A stretch of 64,000 bases of DNA, from positions 806,001 through 870,000 of the forward strand of contig CP120453.1 of NCBI GenBank assembly GCA_034226945.1, given 5' to 3'. The position numbers and the translations under genes were made by a program. The stretch comes from Picochlorum sp. SENEW3. Taxonomy: Eukaryota. Below the pieces are notes generated by a model. That model saw only the letters and a list, made by a program, of their open reading frames with translations. It was not told the DNA's origin and ran no database searches. The first letter of the stretch is position 1; each line of letters opens with the position of its first letter. This document shows positions 46,179 to 58,807 of this stretch, piece by piece.

Positions 46179-49100
46179 ATGGGTACTGGGTTGTTACAGA
46201 CAACGGTGTCGAAGAAGGAAGACGATAGAGCGTGGAGGCCTCTGGAGACGGGGGCCCTCTTGGAGCCACCTCGATTGTCCGAGGAAGTGAACCCTAGGTA
46301 TGTGTTTCGGTGATTCTGTGTGGTTTTCTTGGGATATAGTCGATGGGCATGTGAATGCAGGAATTTGCAAGGTCTTTTTGATGACTCTTCCCCACACAAC
46401 ACCAGGCATGATGTTCTGGAGGATGCAAGCCAGCCGTTGAACGTGTATGTGCGAATTCGCCCATCTCAGAGTGATGATGATTGTGTTTATGCGATGGGAA
46501 GAAATAGAATTGCTGTCAGGCCTCCAGAAGGTTCCTTGACATGTAGGAATGGAGATTGCCAGAGGGAGCACGTGTTCACCTTTAGTAGGGCATTTGGTCC
46601 TGAGACGTCGCAAGAAGAGTACTTTAGAGAGACAACTGCGTTAGAGATAGATAATATGGTGAATAAGTCGGGGATTTATGAAGGTGTGTTTCTATCCTAT
46701 GGGATAACTGCAGCTGGCAAGACGCACACAATTCAGGGAACTCGAGAAGATCCTGGGGTAATTCCTCTGGCACTTAAGGCACTTTTCGACAAAGTGCCGG
46801 AGAATGAGAGAAAAATACAAGTATCATTCTGTGAGATTTATAATGAGTCTATTCATGATTTATTGAGTGAAGTGAGGGGGCCACCATTGAAGCTCATGGA
46901 TGGGAGAGATGGACGCGTGCATGTTGCTGGGCTTTCTTGGCGCAGTGTATCCGATGCAAAGGAAGCTTGGAATACTCTTCGAAGAGGTGTGAAGCAGCGA
47001 AGGAAGGCAGAGACACGCTTGAATTTCTCATCGTCGCGGTCCCATTCTGTGTTCAGTGTTCGAATAGGTGGTACAAAGAAGAAAATTTCATTCGTGGATC
47101 TGGCTGGTTCTGAGCGAGCAACTCGCACTGGAAATGTAGGTATACGATTAAAAGAAGCTGTGGCGATTAATGGATCTCTCATGACTCTTGGAAGGTGCTT
47201 GGAAGCTCTCAAGCATAACCAAACGATGATGGTGGGGACTGGTTCCAATGGCCCACCCAAAATGGTGCCGTATAGGGAGTCAAAAGTGACGCACTTATTT
47301 AGGGATGTATTTCATGGATATGGAAGGGTCATTTTATCTGTGTGCGTATCTCCATCCGCGGGAGATTTTGATGAAACTGTGAGAGTTTTGAAGTATGCTG
47401 TGACTGCCAGCAAGATTTCGACCATAGAATGCCCTGAGCCACCCAAAAGAAAGATTCGAAATGAGACTCCGATCACCCTAAAAAGACATAGACTGATTGT
47501 CGAAGAAAAGTTGGATACATTGCCGGAAGCCACAGAGAAGCAGGCAGATGGACAGGGGTCAGAAGCAGAGTCTGGTGAGGTGGAATATAATATTGTAGAG
47601 ATGGAAGGGTCTATTTCTATTAGGTCTGCCATTCAGGAAGCATCTCCTTGCATTTTAGAAGGGGACGTAACCAAACCAGATCGGAGGGAAAGCGTGCCTT
47701 CCCCTGCTGCATTTGGCGCTTTTGAGAACGTGAGGACACCTCATATGACAGATGAGGAGCAAAGCACAGTCTCTCAAGACGACTTGAAAGAATCTTTGAG
47801 GTCTGAGATTCAAAGACTGTTAGGTGAACTAAGAAGTGCGGAGGAGCGTGCGCTTTTGATCGAGAATGAGGTCCGTGAAGAGGTGGCAGCAGAAATGACC
47901 CAAATGATGGAAAGTATGGAGATCGACCATAAGAAGAGACTGGAAAGCGACATGCAGGCATTCGAAAAGAAGCGACATCAAATGCAAAAGAAACACCTGG
48001 AAGAGGTTGAACAATTGGAATCCGCTATTGCATCGAAAGAGAATGAGTTGAAAAAACTCGAGTCAACTGCAAAGGAGTTGGAAACTGTGTTGACTGAAAA
48101 AGATAGAATCATTGTGGAGAAAGAGGATGCACTTGAGAGAACCGAGAAAGCCTTAAATGATTCGCTTCAAGAAATTGAAAGACTGCACCTAATCTTGGAA
48201 CAAGAGCAGTCAAATAATGCAGAGATGGCAAAATCCTTGGCCAAAGTTTTGAAAGAGCAGACATTTACGTTCAGTCCTAACTCTCTGATGTCTGAGGATC
48301 GAGAAGGGCTTGAATTGAGTCAATTCACACGGCGAGTGACTCAAATAGAAGCTAATAATGCTATGGAGAGAGAAATGTCTGATCAACTCATAGATCGCTT
48401 GAGAAGAGACAATGAGAGCTTGAAGCAGAAACTTGTGATCTTCACATCAGCGATCGAATGCCTCTCCACTCCCTTAAAGTCGAATATTATGGAAAGAATA
48501 CTTTCCTCCAGTCCATTGGGAACGGGGCAAGGGCCTGAAGGGACACCCCATGACATTGCCTTGGCTAGAGCCAGAAGAGCTGTTGTGGAGGATCAGAGCA
48601 AGGTTTCAAGATTTGCAAAGGAGATTGATGCTTCAAGAAATGAAAGAGATAAAGCAGAGAAAGAAATCGATTATGTTATTATCGACTTGTCAACGCCCCG
48701 AAGTAACACGGATGGAGATGGAAACCAGGTAGAGGACAAGCAAGATGATTTGCAACAGAATTATGGCAAGATGACTTGCGCTGATGAGCCTGCGGATCAA
48801 CTAAATACGGATATGAAGCAACGTAAAAAGATCAAAAATGATTCCAAGGAAAAGAAATCGAAATCTTCGAAGAAAACGACAAAGAGACGGAAGTCTAACT
48901 GCAGCCCAGAGGCTCCTCAGCCAACTGTAAGAGTAACAAGGAGGATGGCAAAAATGAGGGCCATGCAAGAAGATACTCCACATAAAAGTCCTTCAGAAGA
49001 ACAAGAAAATCATAGTGTTACTCCAAAGCCTAGGAGAAAATTGTTGTCGACAGCGAAGAAACCTGGAGGCCAATGTGATGCGGCATACACACCTAGAATT

Positions 49101-49193
49101 CTAGGGATCTCAAATAAGGGGAAACAGAGTAAAAAATCTGCGTATACTGCGTCTGATTTGGGTCTTACGCCAAATCCATCCATTAGAGTGTGA
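46179..49193 (+). CDS. Kinesin motor, probably kinesin-6 (KIF20/MKLP) family
   Basis: Intron 46298-46360. VYVRIRP, GITAAGKT, NFSSSRSH, DLAGSER and kinesin-6-like INGSLMTLGRCLEALKHNQ..VPYRESKVT. Coiled-coil stalk and basic tail with several S/T-P sites. Confidence 0.85.
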
Positions 49194-49265
49194 TTTTCAC
49201 AAGCCGTTGTAAAATAATATCATACAGTAGCCACCCAGGACTGCCTCACATCTTCTAAAGCTTTT

Positions 49266-51613
49266 TCAATCAAAGGGTTTTGCCTCCTTTGCATCACTAC
49301 TGCGCGTCACTATTGTATCAGTGCAAATAAATCACGCGAATATAAAATTTGAAAACTTACCTGTTTTGGGGAGAGAGGAAGACTTTGTTAGCTTTCCATG
49401 AGCATGTGATTTTGACTTTTTGCCTGGCTTCTCTTGGGGTTCCTCGAACAAACCATTTTGATCAAAATGTACTTCAGATAGATGTCGAAGAATAGCTTTG
49501 ACTGCCATTTGATCACTTTCTGCATTATCAAAGATCCTGGATGCATGCAAAAGTGCATCTTTTTCTTTCATCGAGGGATGACCGACCATTAGAGCAGTTG
49601 CCACCTGATGATGATTACAAAATTCATCTTCTCCGCATTCTTCATACAGTGCAACACAAATAGCATCGTATAACTCCACTCTCTCTGATAGAAATTGATC
49701 TCTAATGCATTCTGCAAAGTCTCCTTGGTTGTACTCCCTGTCCTCCTCGAAGAGCTTTGCCCATTCTACATGGGTCCCTGGTTGGTCCTTTTCCAGGCAA
49801 TGCATGATGTCCTCAAACCGTTTTTCCGACTTCCCGCCTGGACTACCGACGCGGAAAAAAGATCTCAAAGCTACTGTCAGATCATTCTATAAATTCGCAT
49901 CAATTTCATGGTTAGCACTGTTGAAATACTCTGTGAAAAATATATCACATACCTTTGGTATCATGCCAGCTGTCTGACCGGCTGCTTTGTCCAGATATTC
50001 GAAAAGCTCTTCCAAGTCTATCTGAAGATTATTTTGAGCAACATATACCTCTTCTTTGATATCGCCGGTGAGCACTTTGAGGAAAAGCTCGCAGTCCGCA
50101 TCCCACTGGTACCTCCAGAGACTGTATAGAAAGTTATATCCAAGCTGCAAATAAAGACCACCAGAACACTTAGAATCTCCGTGCCTCAATAATCTAATTT
50201 TTGTCAATCACGCACCTCGACTACGGCCACAGCTATTCCAACCTTTTTCTGAAGATGGTTTCCGAGGAAATCTACCAAACTCACATGTTTCTGCATGGAT
50301 GTAATCGACATTCTCTCTTTCCAAACTTCTCTCACCAATTTTTCAGTATCTCTTTTTGACATATGTTTATTCCTTATTTTGCCTCCAAATTTGTAAAGCT
50401 TAGGTACATCCGGCCCTGTTCCCATGCCAATCAACTGATCCTTCCATGCCTCCTCACCCTTGTCAGCCAGCATACTCAAATACTTCTGAATAGCATTCTT
50501 CCTCTCAGACTCCATTTCTTCTTGGTGTCTCTGACGTGCTAATATTCTCTTTCCTTCCAAATCCTGGAAGCTTGCTAATTGCACAGATAAAGCACATTTC
50601 TGCCGGTGCAAAGACAAGCATTGACTCTCAAGAGCATGAAACTTCTTTGCTGTGGATCCACGCCGCCTTGATAGAGAAAAGATCAATGAATCTTTATATA
50701 AATCATTTTTATCAACATTATCAATGATTTGGAGAAGCCTATCCATATTTTCGTTTTCCATAGGCTGGTCATCTTCTCTCTCTGCTTTCAGATATAAACC
50801 AACCTTTTCAATATCGAGGTCCTTTGCCAAGTTCTCCACTTGCCGGGCTAATTCATCATCCCCTATCAAATCCGATAAATCATCCAAAGACTCGGTGGGG
50901 CGTGGCGTTTTGGATGCGTCTGCAGCATCGACTTCCTCCAGCCTCATGCGTATCCTGATGAGATTACTTTCAATACACTCTTTCTCCTCTGCTAAAATCT
51001 CGTTCTCTCTCATCACTCTCCCAAGCTGTTCCCTAAGATCTTCGTTTTCATTCTCAAGGTTGTCGATATGGTCTCGTGCCTCGCTGATCGCATGGTCAGA
51101 CGTAACACTTTCCACAGTATCAGAACCCTCCCCGCACATGTTGAGGACAGACGATGATGCTGATTCCCTCTCACTACCAGCACGTGAGCCTCCATGCACC
51201 GATATACTGTGAGACTCTAATTCTTCTTTTACAGAAACAAGCACCTCCTGAATCTCTTTGATTTCCATTCTCAGGAGACTAAAGATATCCTGTGCACATC
51301 TTTGATATCCACCCCATAAATCCTCAAGACACGTTGTGGCCTCACGGTATTCCGGAAGTTGATCCATCCATGCCATGAATTCCTTAAACTTTGACTCATA
51401 GAAACCCATAGCATCAGGTGCCCCCCTCATATTTCCATGAACTCTGACTTCCTTGTCCCTTTCCAACTTTAGGATGGCATGGTGTAATCTCCGCAGAACT
51501 GAATAAGAGCCACGATTTGAAGGGGGCGTATGAGCTAATCGATTCAAAACCTTAACTGTCATGCGTGGTGACGGTCCTTCAGTACCCTGAAGATTCCCTT
51601 GCTGGTAGTCCAT
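49266..51613 (-). CDS. TSNAXIP1-like (translin-associated factor X-interacting protein 1) coiled-coil protein
   Basis: At least four exons; the start is uncertain. Coiled-coil N-half, then GMGTGPDVPK..GKIRNKHMSKRDTEKLVREVW, YNFLYSLWRY..DADCELFLKVL and LFEEDREYNQGDFAECIRDQ. Confidence 0.7.
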
Positions 51614-51948
51614 GCCTTTCCCCTTCCTGTTCTGTTTGGGGGCAACAGTGAGCAGCTCCCATGCATACAAGTAAACCCAAAAGTAACATTTGAACATAGA
51701 TCTACGGCACCCATCATAGAATCAAGAGCCATGCGACAACATGCCACCAATATTCCAAGAGTTTGTCAGGGACTGGTCAAACCTTGATTTCGTAGTTGAC
51801 TGGAGATTGTGTGGCTGTCAGAAGAGACCTCCACCTTCTGTAACCACAGGCACATGGCACGCAGATGAAGAATGGCCTGTAGCACCTCTCCCTCAAATAT
51901 ATTATCTGAATTTGATTTTGAATTTAATTTGACAGAATATATTCGATA

Positions 51949-53964
51949 ATGATGCTCCAGAGTCATATTTTGCGTTCTCATGGACTGTATAAAAACTGCA
52001 GTGTTTTCAGTCCACGCGTTGGGAAGCCTATCTCGTATGGCTCATATCATCAAATTAAGAATTTGAAAAAATCTCAGCTTGTCTACTCTTCTGTTGAGAC
52101 GCCAGAGGTTGTCGAAGAACACGCAGACGTGGAACAAGTTGCAGAGTTGACTTTTGTGGAGCAGAGCAACAGTGAAAAGGCCATGACCAACTTCAAGTTG
52201 TTGTTTGCTCTTCCATGGAGAAGGTTTAAAAATGGTTCAGTGCTCACAATGAAATTGAGTGGTCCGATTGCAGAGCAGCCACAAGGGAGGTTCAGTAGTA
52301 CAACAGCTTTGCCCGATATCTGCAATGCTTTGAGAAAGGCTGCATTGGACCCAAGAATCAAAGGTGTTTGCGTCAAAATCGACCCATTACAATGTGGATG
52401 GAGTAAAATTCAAGAAATTAAAAGGCATCTGGCGTATTTTAGAGAGAGTGGTAAATTTTCGATTGCATACTTGGAAAGAGCTGGCGAAAAGGAGATGTAT
52501 CTGGCTTCAGCATTCGAGGAAATCTATGCGCCACCATCAGCGTCTATTTCAATTCGAGGTATAAGTGTGAAGGGTACATTTTTGCGAGGTGTATTGGATA
52601 AAGTTGGAGTCGAGCCAGAAGTTCGAAGAATTGGGAACTACAAAAGTGCAGGTGACCAGCTCTTGCGGCATGATATGTCAGAATACCAACGAGAGCAATT
52701 GACTGCTCTTTTGGAGGACATATATGATGATTTTGTGGATTCTCTCGCGGTTTCAAGGGGGAAAACGGGGCAAGACGTGCTAGACCTCATCGATGAGGGA
52801 GTGTATGATATGAAAAAACTCAAAGAAGGCAATTGGATCACGGACCTGAAATACGAGGATGAAATCAATGATATATTGAAGGAACGAACTGATGGGAAGG
52901 ATGACGAATTACGATTTGTCCGACTGCAGCGATACAGAAAAGTCAGTCCTTCAGCATTTGGGCTGCATGGGAAAAAGACAATAGCAGTTGTCAGAACATC
53001 AGGTGCCATTGTTGGAGGCTCAGGATCCACCGGTAATGTCATCACTGCTGAGTCTATCATTACTCAACTACGAGCACTCAAGAAGAACAAAAAAATCGCA
53101 GCTGTGGTACTCCGAGTAGATTCCCCAGGAGGGGATGCATTAGCATCTGATTTGATGTGGCGGGAAATCCAAAAGTTCTCAGAAGAGAAACCAATTATCG
53201 CAAGTATGGCTGATGTTGCGGCCTCAGGAGGCTACTATATGTCCATGGGGTGTCAGAAGATAGTGGCTGAGCCACTTACCATCACTGGCAGTATTGGTGT
53301 TGTGACTGGGAAATTCAACCTCTCAGAATTATATGACAAAGTTGGATACAATACAGAGACTATTTCGAGGGGAAGATTTGCCGAAGTTCTAAATGAAAGC
53401 AGAAGATTTTCAGACGATGAAGCTGAATTATTCGATAAGTCTGCCCAGTATGCCTATGAGCAGTTTAGGGACAAGGCAGCAATGAGTCGTGGTATGGCTA
53501 TTGAAGAGATGCAGAAGTTTGCCCAGGGAAGAGTCTGGAGTGGACAGCGAGCAAAACAGATTGGACTTATAGATGCGTGTGGAGGCTTATGGAAAGCAAT
53601 TGCCCTTGCAAAGGAAGCAGCAGAGATTGATCCGGCAGAGAAGGTCACTGTCCGGGAGGTTTCAAGAGGAAAAGTCTCCCCGCTTAGCCTTCTATCCAGT
53701 GGTGGTGCGTCTCTCCAAAGTATTTTCGCAATACTTGTGTTCATGGCATCTGGAGATAAGAACGTGATATCACAGGTGTTGGGAATGCAGTCTGCCCTGA
53801 GCCTGATCAGAGGTGGACTTGGTATATCTGATGAAGATGCCAATATGATCCTGGGACTGGACAAAGGCCTTGTCATGGCACAGTTGCCGGAATTCAAGCT
53901 TGAAGGTTCTGTCGAATCCTTTGATGTTGGATTGACAAATAACTCTGAAATGACAATATTCTAA
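51949..53964 (+). CDS. sppA: Plastid signal peptide peptidase SppA (S49 protease IV)
   Basis: Two S49 modules with KAALDPRIKG, FRESGK, RIGNYKSAGD, LRVDSPGG, MADVAASGGYY, TITGSIGV and AQGRVWSG. Confidence 0.95.
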   Translation: MMLQSHILRSHGLYKNCSVFSPRVGKPISYGSYHQIKNLKKSQLVYSSVETPEVVEEHADVEQVAELTFVEQSNSEKAMTNFKLLFALPWRRFKNGSVLTMKLSGPIAEQPQGRFSSTTALPDICNALRKAALDPRIKGVCVKIDPLQCGWSKIQEIKRHLAYFRESGKFSIAYLERAGEKEMYLASAFEEIYAPPSASISIRGISVKGTFLRGVLDKVGVEPEVRRIGNYKSAGDQLLRHDMSEYQREQLTALLEDIYDDFVDSLAVSRGKTGQDVLDLIDEGVYDMKKLKEGNWITDLKYEDEINDILKERTDGKDDELRFVRLQRYRKVSPSAFGLHGKKTIAVVRTSGAIVGGSGSTGNVITAESIITQLRALKKNKKIAAVVLRVDSPGGDALASDLMWREIQKFSEEKPIIASMADVAASGGYYMSMGCQKIVAEPLTITGSIGVVTGKFNLSELYDKVGYNTETISRGRFAEVLNESRRFSDDEAELFDKSAQYAYEQFRDKAAMSRGMAIEEMQKFAQGRVWSGQRAKQIGLIDACGGLWKAIALAKEAAEIDPAEKVTVREVSRGKVSPLSLLSSGGASLQSIFAILVFMASGDKNVISQVLGMQSALSLIRGGLGISDEDANMILGLDKGLVMAQLPEFKLEGSVESFDVGLTNNSEMTIF

Positions 53965-54009
53965 ATACTCAATGTAAATTTTGCCAAATGATGAGGTTGT
54001 ACACAGTTT

Positions 54010-56979
54010 TTAGAAGATTGAAAGAATATATTCTCCAAGGCATAGAAGTGCCACAAGAAAAGGGGACAAAAAATTGAACCCGAAAAGTGATCCTAGCAAG
54101 GCAGCATTAGCACAAAAGATCCTGAGAAAATTTGACATTGAAATCACTCTATGGTTGGACGGCCTCCTCCTTGTGACAACAGCAACTGATGACAATGAAA
54201 TAGCACCAATGAGTATCCTCTCTAATGAAAAAAGACTGTACTGGATTCTATGAGTATATCCGAACATTTTACCACCAAACATGGCAACAGCCATGGGACT
54301 GACACCGTAGAATAAAATAGCAAACCACTCAAGAGGGAAAAACCTTGATTGATCATCACTACCAAAAGGTGAGAGGCTCGCTATGAATATCATCAGACAA
54401 GCCAGGAAGAATGGCACAAAATCATGCAAAAGAAACATGGCTAGAATAATGGCCAGTTTGAGTGCATAGATTGTATTGAACCATGCAGAGAATTTCCTCA
54501 TCCATGTAACTGTTCCGATCAGATTGATGAAGCCACAGAGCACAGTTTTGACAATGAAGTCCACCAAGAAGGTAATCCACAGCATTGAAATTATACTTGT
54601 GGGGGTCTGAAGAAATATCCATGGGACTGTACCCTTCTGCATGGCATTTAGCAGCCGTGAAACAGCAACTGCTTCCACAGCCACAGCTGCTGACAAGGCC
54701 ATAAATCTTCCTACATTCGGAGATTTCGCTCTCATATTTCCGCGGCTATTACACAGAGGGATACAGCGAAGCACTGAAAATGCTAGTAACAGACCAGGCA
54801 TAGCATACATCTGATGCCTGGTTGAGTACAATATTGCTGAATGGAAATCCCATGCAAGACTACAGTAAAAAATATACAGCATCAATATTCCATTGACATG
54901 CGCGTCTCTATTCGCAGAATTCGTCGTACCTGATTGAATATGCACACCTCGGATCCATGATAGCATACATGTCATCAGATACAACGGAAGGGTGCCATAG
55001 TGGGATGTCTAGCTTTGCTGCCCCATTTGCTGCCCGTCGAAAATGGTCGCCATCTATTCCAGTATCATTGTTCACTAATACGAGCAGTGGTTCGCTAGAT
55101 AAATCTTTCTCTTGTGGGTCTGGCAAATTTAAACAAGAATGATTCGTCAGAACCAGTTTGATCGGAAGCATATCGGCTATGAGGGTCCAGGATGTGAATT
55201 GCTTTGGGACAAACCACTTTATAATGCCTCCAAGCCTGTACAGCAGGGATGAAATATCTAATTTTACAACCGCAGCACCTTGGATCAATTCACCTAAGCG
55301 TCGAAATATTCTATCCTTTTCATTGATGAATGATACCACTATGCCTTCTCCAAGAAGCGGATTGACTTGGCTTTGAATGGACAGTTGGACTGATTTTGCC
55401 CCATGATGACGCAACACTGCAGTACTAACCTCCAGAACCCAGGTAGAATTTTCCATCCAGTCAATTCCCTGAATGACATCTTTCCAATATCTCCTGCATA
55501 CACAACAGTCATTAGAGGGCGACCGTAACTTTCCTTATCATTATAGCAAGCATCAACATACTTGTTTTCTTTTGGCTCTTTCACAGATAATGCTGGGAGA
55601 GGAGAAAAATTATGCGACATCTCAAAATAACCGTCACTCCTTATTCCGTAGAGATTAAATGCCACTCCAGGATGCATTCCATGTGCCAAAATCTGCATCA
55701 GATCCATTTCGTCGCCATCCTTCAAGGTGTGGATGAAACATATGTCAATGCCAGGTCTGCTCATCACCACCTGGAAAGGCTGACGTAGCTCCTGGCAGTT
55801 ATGTGCTTCCTGAGGCCTACCCGACACCTGCTTCCCATTCTCCTCAAACGTTTTCAAACTAAAAGGTATATGAGATGTCATCCTACCTCTCATGGCAGTA
55901 TAGATATCGTCCGGAGATCCTCCTTCATATGCAAGATCAATGCTGTCTAGAATAAGTGGTACAGTCTGCCTGACCAATTGATTGCAAGACACTAGTCCTT
56001 TATGAGTGGAAGTACCCCAGACGCCTGGAATATTGTCCAGGTCTACTTCTAATGTCAGATTACTCTTTCTGCTGGTATGGACGGACCATGCAGATATTGC
56101 AGGCACAAGTACATCTCCTGGACCAGCATAGATCCGAAGCCTAGGGACTGCTGCGTCGACTTTGGGGGAAGAACCATCTACATATAAATGACGTGGCATG
56201 ACGAAAGAAGGCAAGTGAAAATGGGGTGAACCTATAGTGATGGTGAACAGGACTGAATCCGAATAGTCCTCAACCACTGTATCAACAATCAGGCCACCCA
56301 TGCTGTATCCAACTAAAACAACTTTTGGCGCCTGCTGTTGCAAATATTGCACACAAGATGCCACATATTTTGCTTGATTTACCTATAATACGTGATTATA
56401 TAGCGCTCAATACAGATTTATGTACCATATATCCCAAGAAAAGCACGCAACAAACGCACCAATAACCGTGGCTCTAATCCAGATGGCTCACCATCAAAAT
56501 CGACCGCATACCAGTCGACCCAACGTATATTATCCCCTTTTCGATATCTTCTGGATAACTCTTTTGCCGTCTCCGAAGCCATTGATCGCATTTGCTCGTA
56601 TGAACCCAAGTGACCATGGACAAAGAGCACTGGAAAAGCACCATCATTTCTCTTCTGTGTCACTGCAAACAAGATACGAAACGCATTATACGCTCCTCTA
56701 AGACGATGAAAAACCTTCAATATTACCTTCGGTTGGAACCCAGTATGAATTCCGCTCCTGGTACCGAAATAGAGAGTATCGAGGGAAGAAAAAACCAGTT
56801 GACTTGTCCTCTTCAACAGCAAGTCTGACTTTTTCATAGCTTGGATAGATATACGTCGTATCACACTTCTTAGCACGCCCCAAATCCGATAGAACATCAT
56901 TGGAGACGAGATAAACGTATAAGATGAGCCCAAACAAGGCTAGAATCGCCAGAGACCGCTCTCCCTCCAGACCGGCCAT
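54010..56979 (-). CDS. GPI inositol-deacylase PGAP1/Bst1-like
   Basis: Five exons joined by GT-AG introns. N-terminal TM and CDTTYIYPSY, YSLFRYQE, PVLFVHGHLGSYEQMRSMA, YAVDF, LVGYSMGG, TIGSPH and a multi-TM C-terminus. Confidence 0.85.
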
Positions 56980-57069
56980 GTTCACCCACACCGCTCATAT
57001 ACCCTCATATCAGCCTTTATTTTTAGTTTCAACTTATTTTTACTTAATAATTATGATAATGATAAAGAA

Positions 57070-58562
57070 TTATCGCAATTCAACGTTTAATTTTGAGGCA
57101 ACTTGCTTTCGTACCTCCTCCTGCAAGTTGTTGATCTCATCATCTGTCAACGACCTCTCCATTGATCTATATGCGATTCTAAAGCAATTGGACGTCTTTC
57201 CTGTCTTGGGATGTGTGAAGTCATCAATCAGCTTGACCTCTTCGACCAAATCTCCAGCAATGCCGCGGACAAGCTCACACAAATTGTTTTCAGTAAAGTC
57301 CTCTGATATCCAAAATGCCACATCTTTGAAGCATGGTGGGTATTTTGAATATGGCTTAAATTTACTCTGCAAATCACCCTCCTTGAACTGCTTCAAAAAT
57401 CTCTGATCTGATGTCCAGAAAAGCCTGATATCTGGAATATCATAGAGCACCATGGCAAGTCTCTCCAGTCCAAGGCCGAATGCCCATGCTTTGTGACCCT
57501 CTCTGCCATTCTTGTCCAAAATTTCCTGTTCCATGACACCGCATCCGAGCACTTCAAGCCACTGATCTTTGAAATATATTTCCAACTCGAAAGATGGGTC
57601 TGTGAATGGGAAATAAGCGTCGATCCACCTCATCTCAACATCTCCAAACAATTCCTTTGCAAGACCTTCCAAAGCCTTTTTCAACTCCTGCTCACAGAAA
57701 GCGGTTCCATCCGACGCTCCAGCTGCTTTCCACTCATCTTCTGTGAACACTCTGACACCTTCCATCTGATGGAAGACTGGATAATGGGTTGAATCGATGG
57801 AATCCCTTCGGTACACATCCCCAGTCACAAGGAAGGACGTAAACCCCTTCCTAAGAGTCTCTGCCTGATGGGCACTGGTATGGCAGCGGAGGACCGTCTC
57901 GGAATCCACATAGTAGGTATCATTTGGAGAACGAGACACGTGATCAGAAGGGACGAGCACTTCATCGAAATTCTACAATGGCACAATACTCGGAGTCAAC
58001 CAACAGATGTATTGACACAACAACAGTCGTCAAACAACGTACAGCTGTGGCCGTCACCACTGGGTGCAAATCATCAAACTTTGTGAATGTATCAGGATAG
58101 TTACGATCGAAGTATCCATAAATTGCTTCCTTGATGATGCCAATCGGATGGGAGGGAATGTGGTGAAGGTTTGTCCCAATCTTTTCATAAATATTATCAG
58201 TCACATTGTTCGCAGAATCGTTTGTAATCACCTCTGCACACAACATTTAATCCAATCAATCGGTACACAGCATTGTTGAGGCAGTGGTTAGCATGCCAGA
58301 CGAACCTTCTCTCGGAATCGACCCCACTCGTCCAGTCTCAGTTGACATGGCTGCCCTCGGCGCACTCAGTGATTTCGAATGCTTGCCATATCCGTGCACT
58401 GAATACAATATAACCCATGTTATCCCATGATAAGATCAATAGACATGCATCCGAAATGAAAACAGAGTTTATATGTATCGTACCAGTTGAGACATTTGAA
58501 ATCAGCGGCACTGATCCGCATTTTCGGCCAATGTGACTTAATATCCCTGTAATATTTGACAT
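57070..58562 (-). CDS. Monomeric organellar phenylalanyl-tRNA synthetase (FARS2 type)
   Basis: Four exons. Targeting peptide, NLHHIPSHPI, NFDEVLVPSDHVSR..DTYY, LRCHTSAHQ, HYPVFHQMEG, YFPFTDPS, AFGLGLERLAM and a C-terminal FDX-ACB domain (YRSMERSL). Confidence 0.95.
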
Positions 58563-58807
58563 AATTCATTTATTGATGCGCAGGAGAAGGGAGAGCGCGT
58601 ATAGAGCGTCAGCATGGCGTACCTGGCCGAGTGGAAAAGAGCTTGCAATATCGAGCGCTTGCCATCAAAGAACGCTGCATTTTGCTGTATCTATGCCTGA
58701 AAATACTTTGATGACTGTAAAATGTATTATATGAAATAGTTTTACACGATAGATTGCCCATACGACAATATGGTTCATGTGGATCTGAATGTGTGGTAGG
58801 TCTCTTC

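Noticed and set aside
54010..56979. PGAP1 split over several frames, suggesting frameshifts or a pseudogene
   Set aside because: Each frame change is explained by a canonical GT-AG intron that restores the reading frame.
2787..58562. Apparent cluster of translation/tRNA genes (LSG1, ThrRS, CCDC124, TrmB, MAP1, TypA, TRM5, RPL39, PheRS)
   Set aside because: They are interspersed with unrelated genes and serve different compartments. Such density is expected in a reduced genome rich in housekeeping genes.
58614..58665. tRNA A-box-like TGGCCGAGTGG upstream of PheRS
   Set aside because: There is no B-box (GTTCRA), no anticodon arm and no 7-bp acceptor stem, so a cloverleaf cannot be built.
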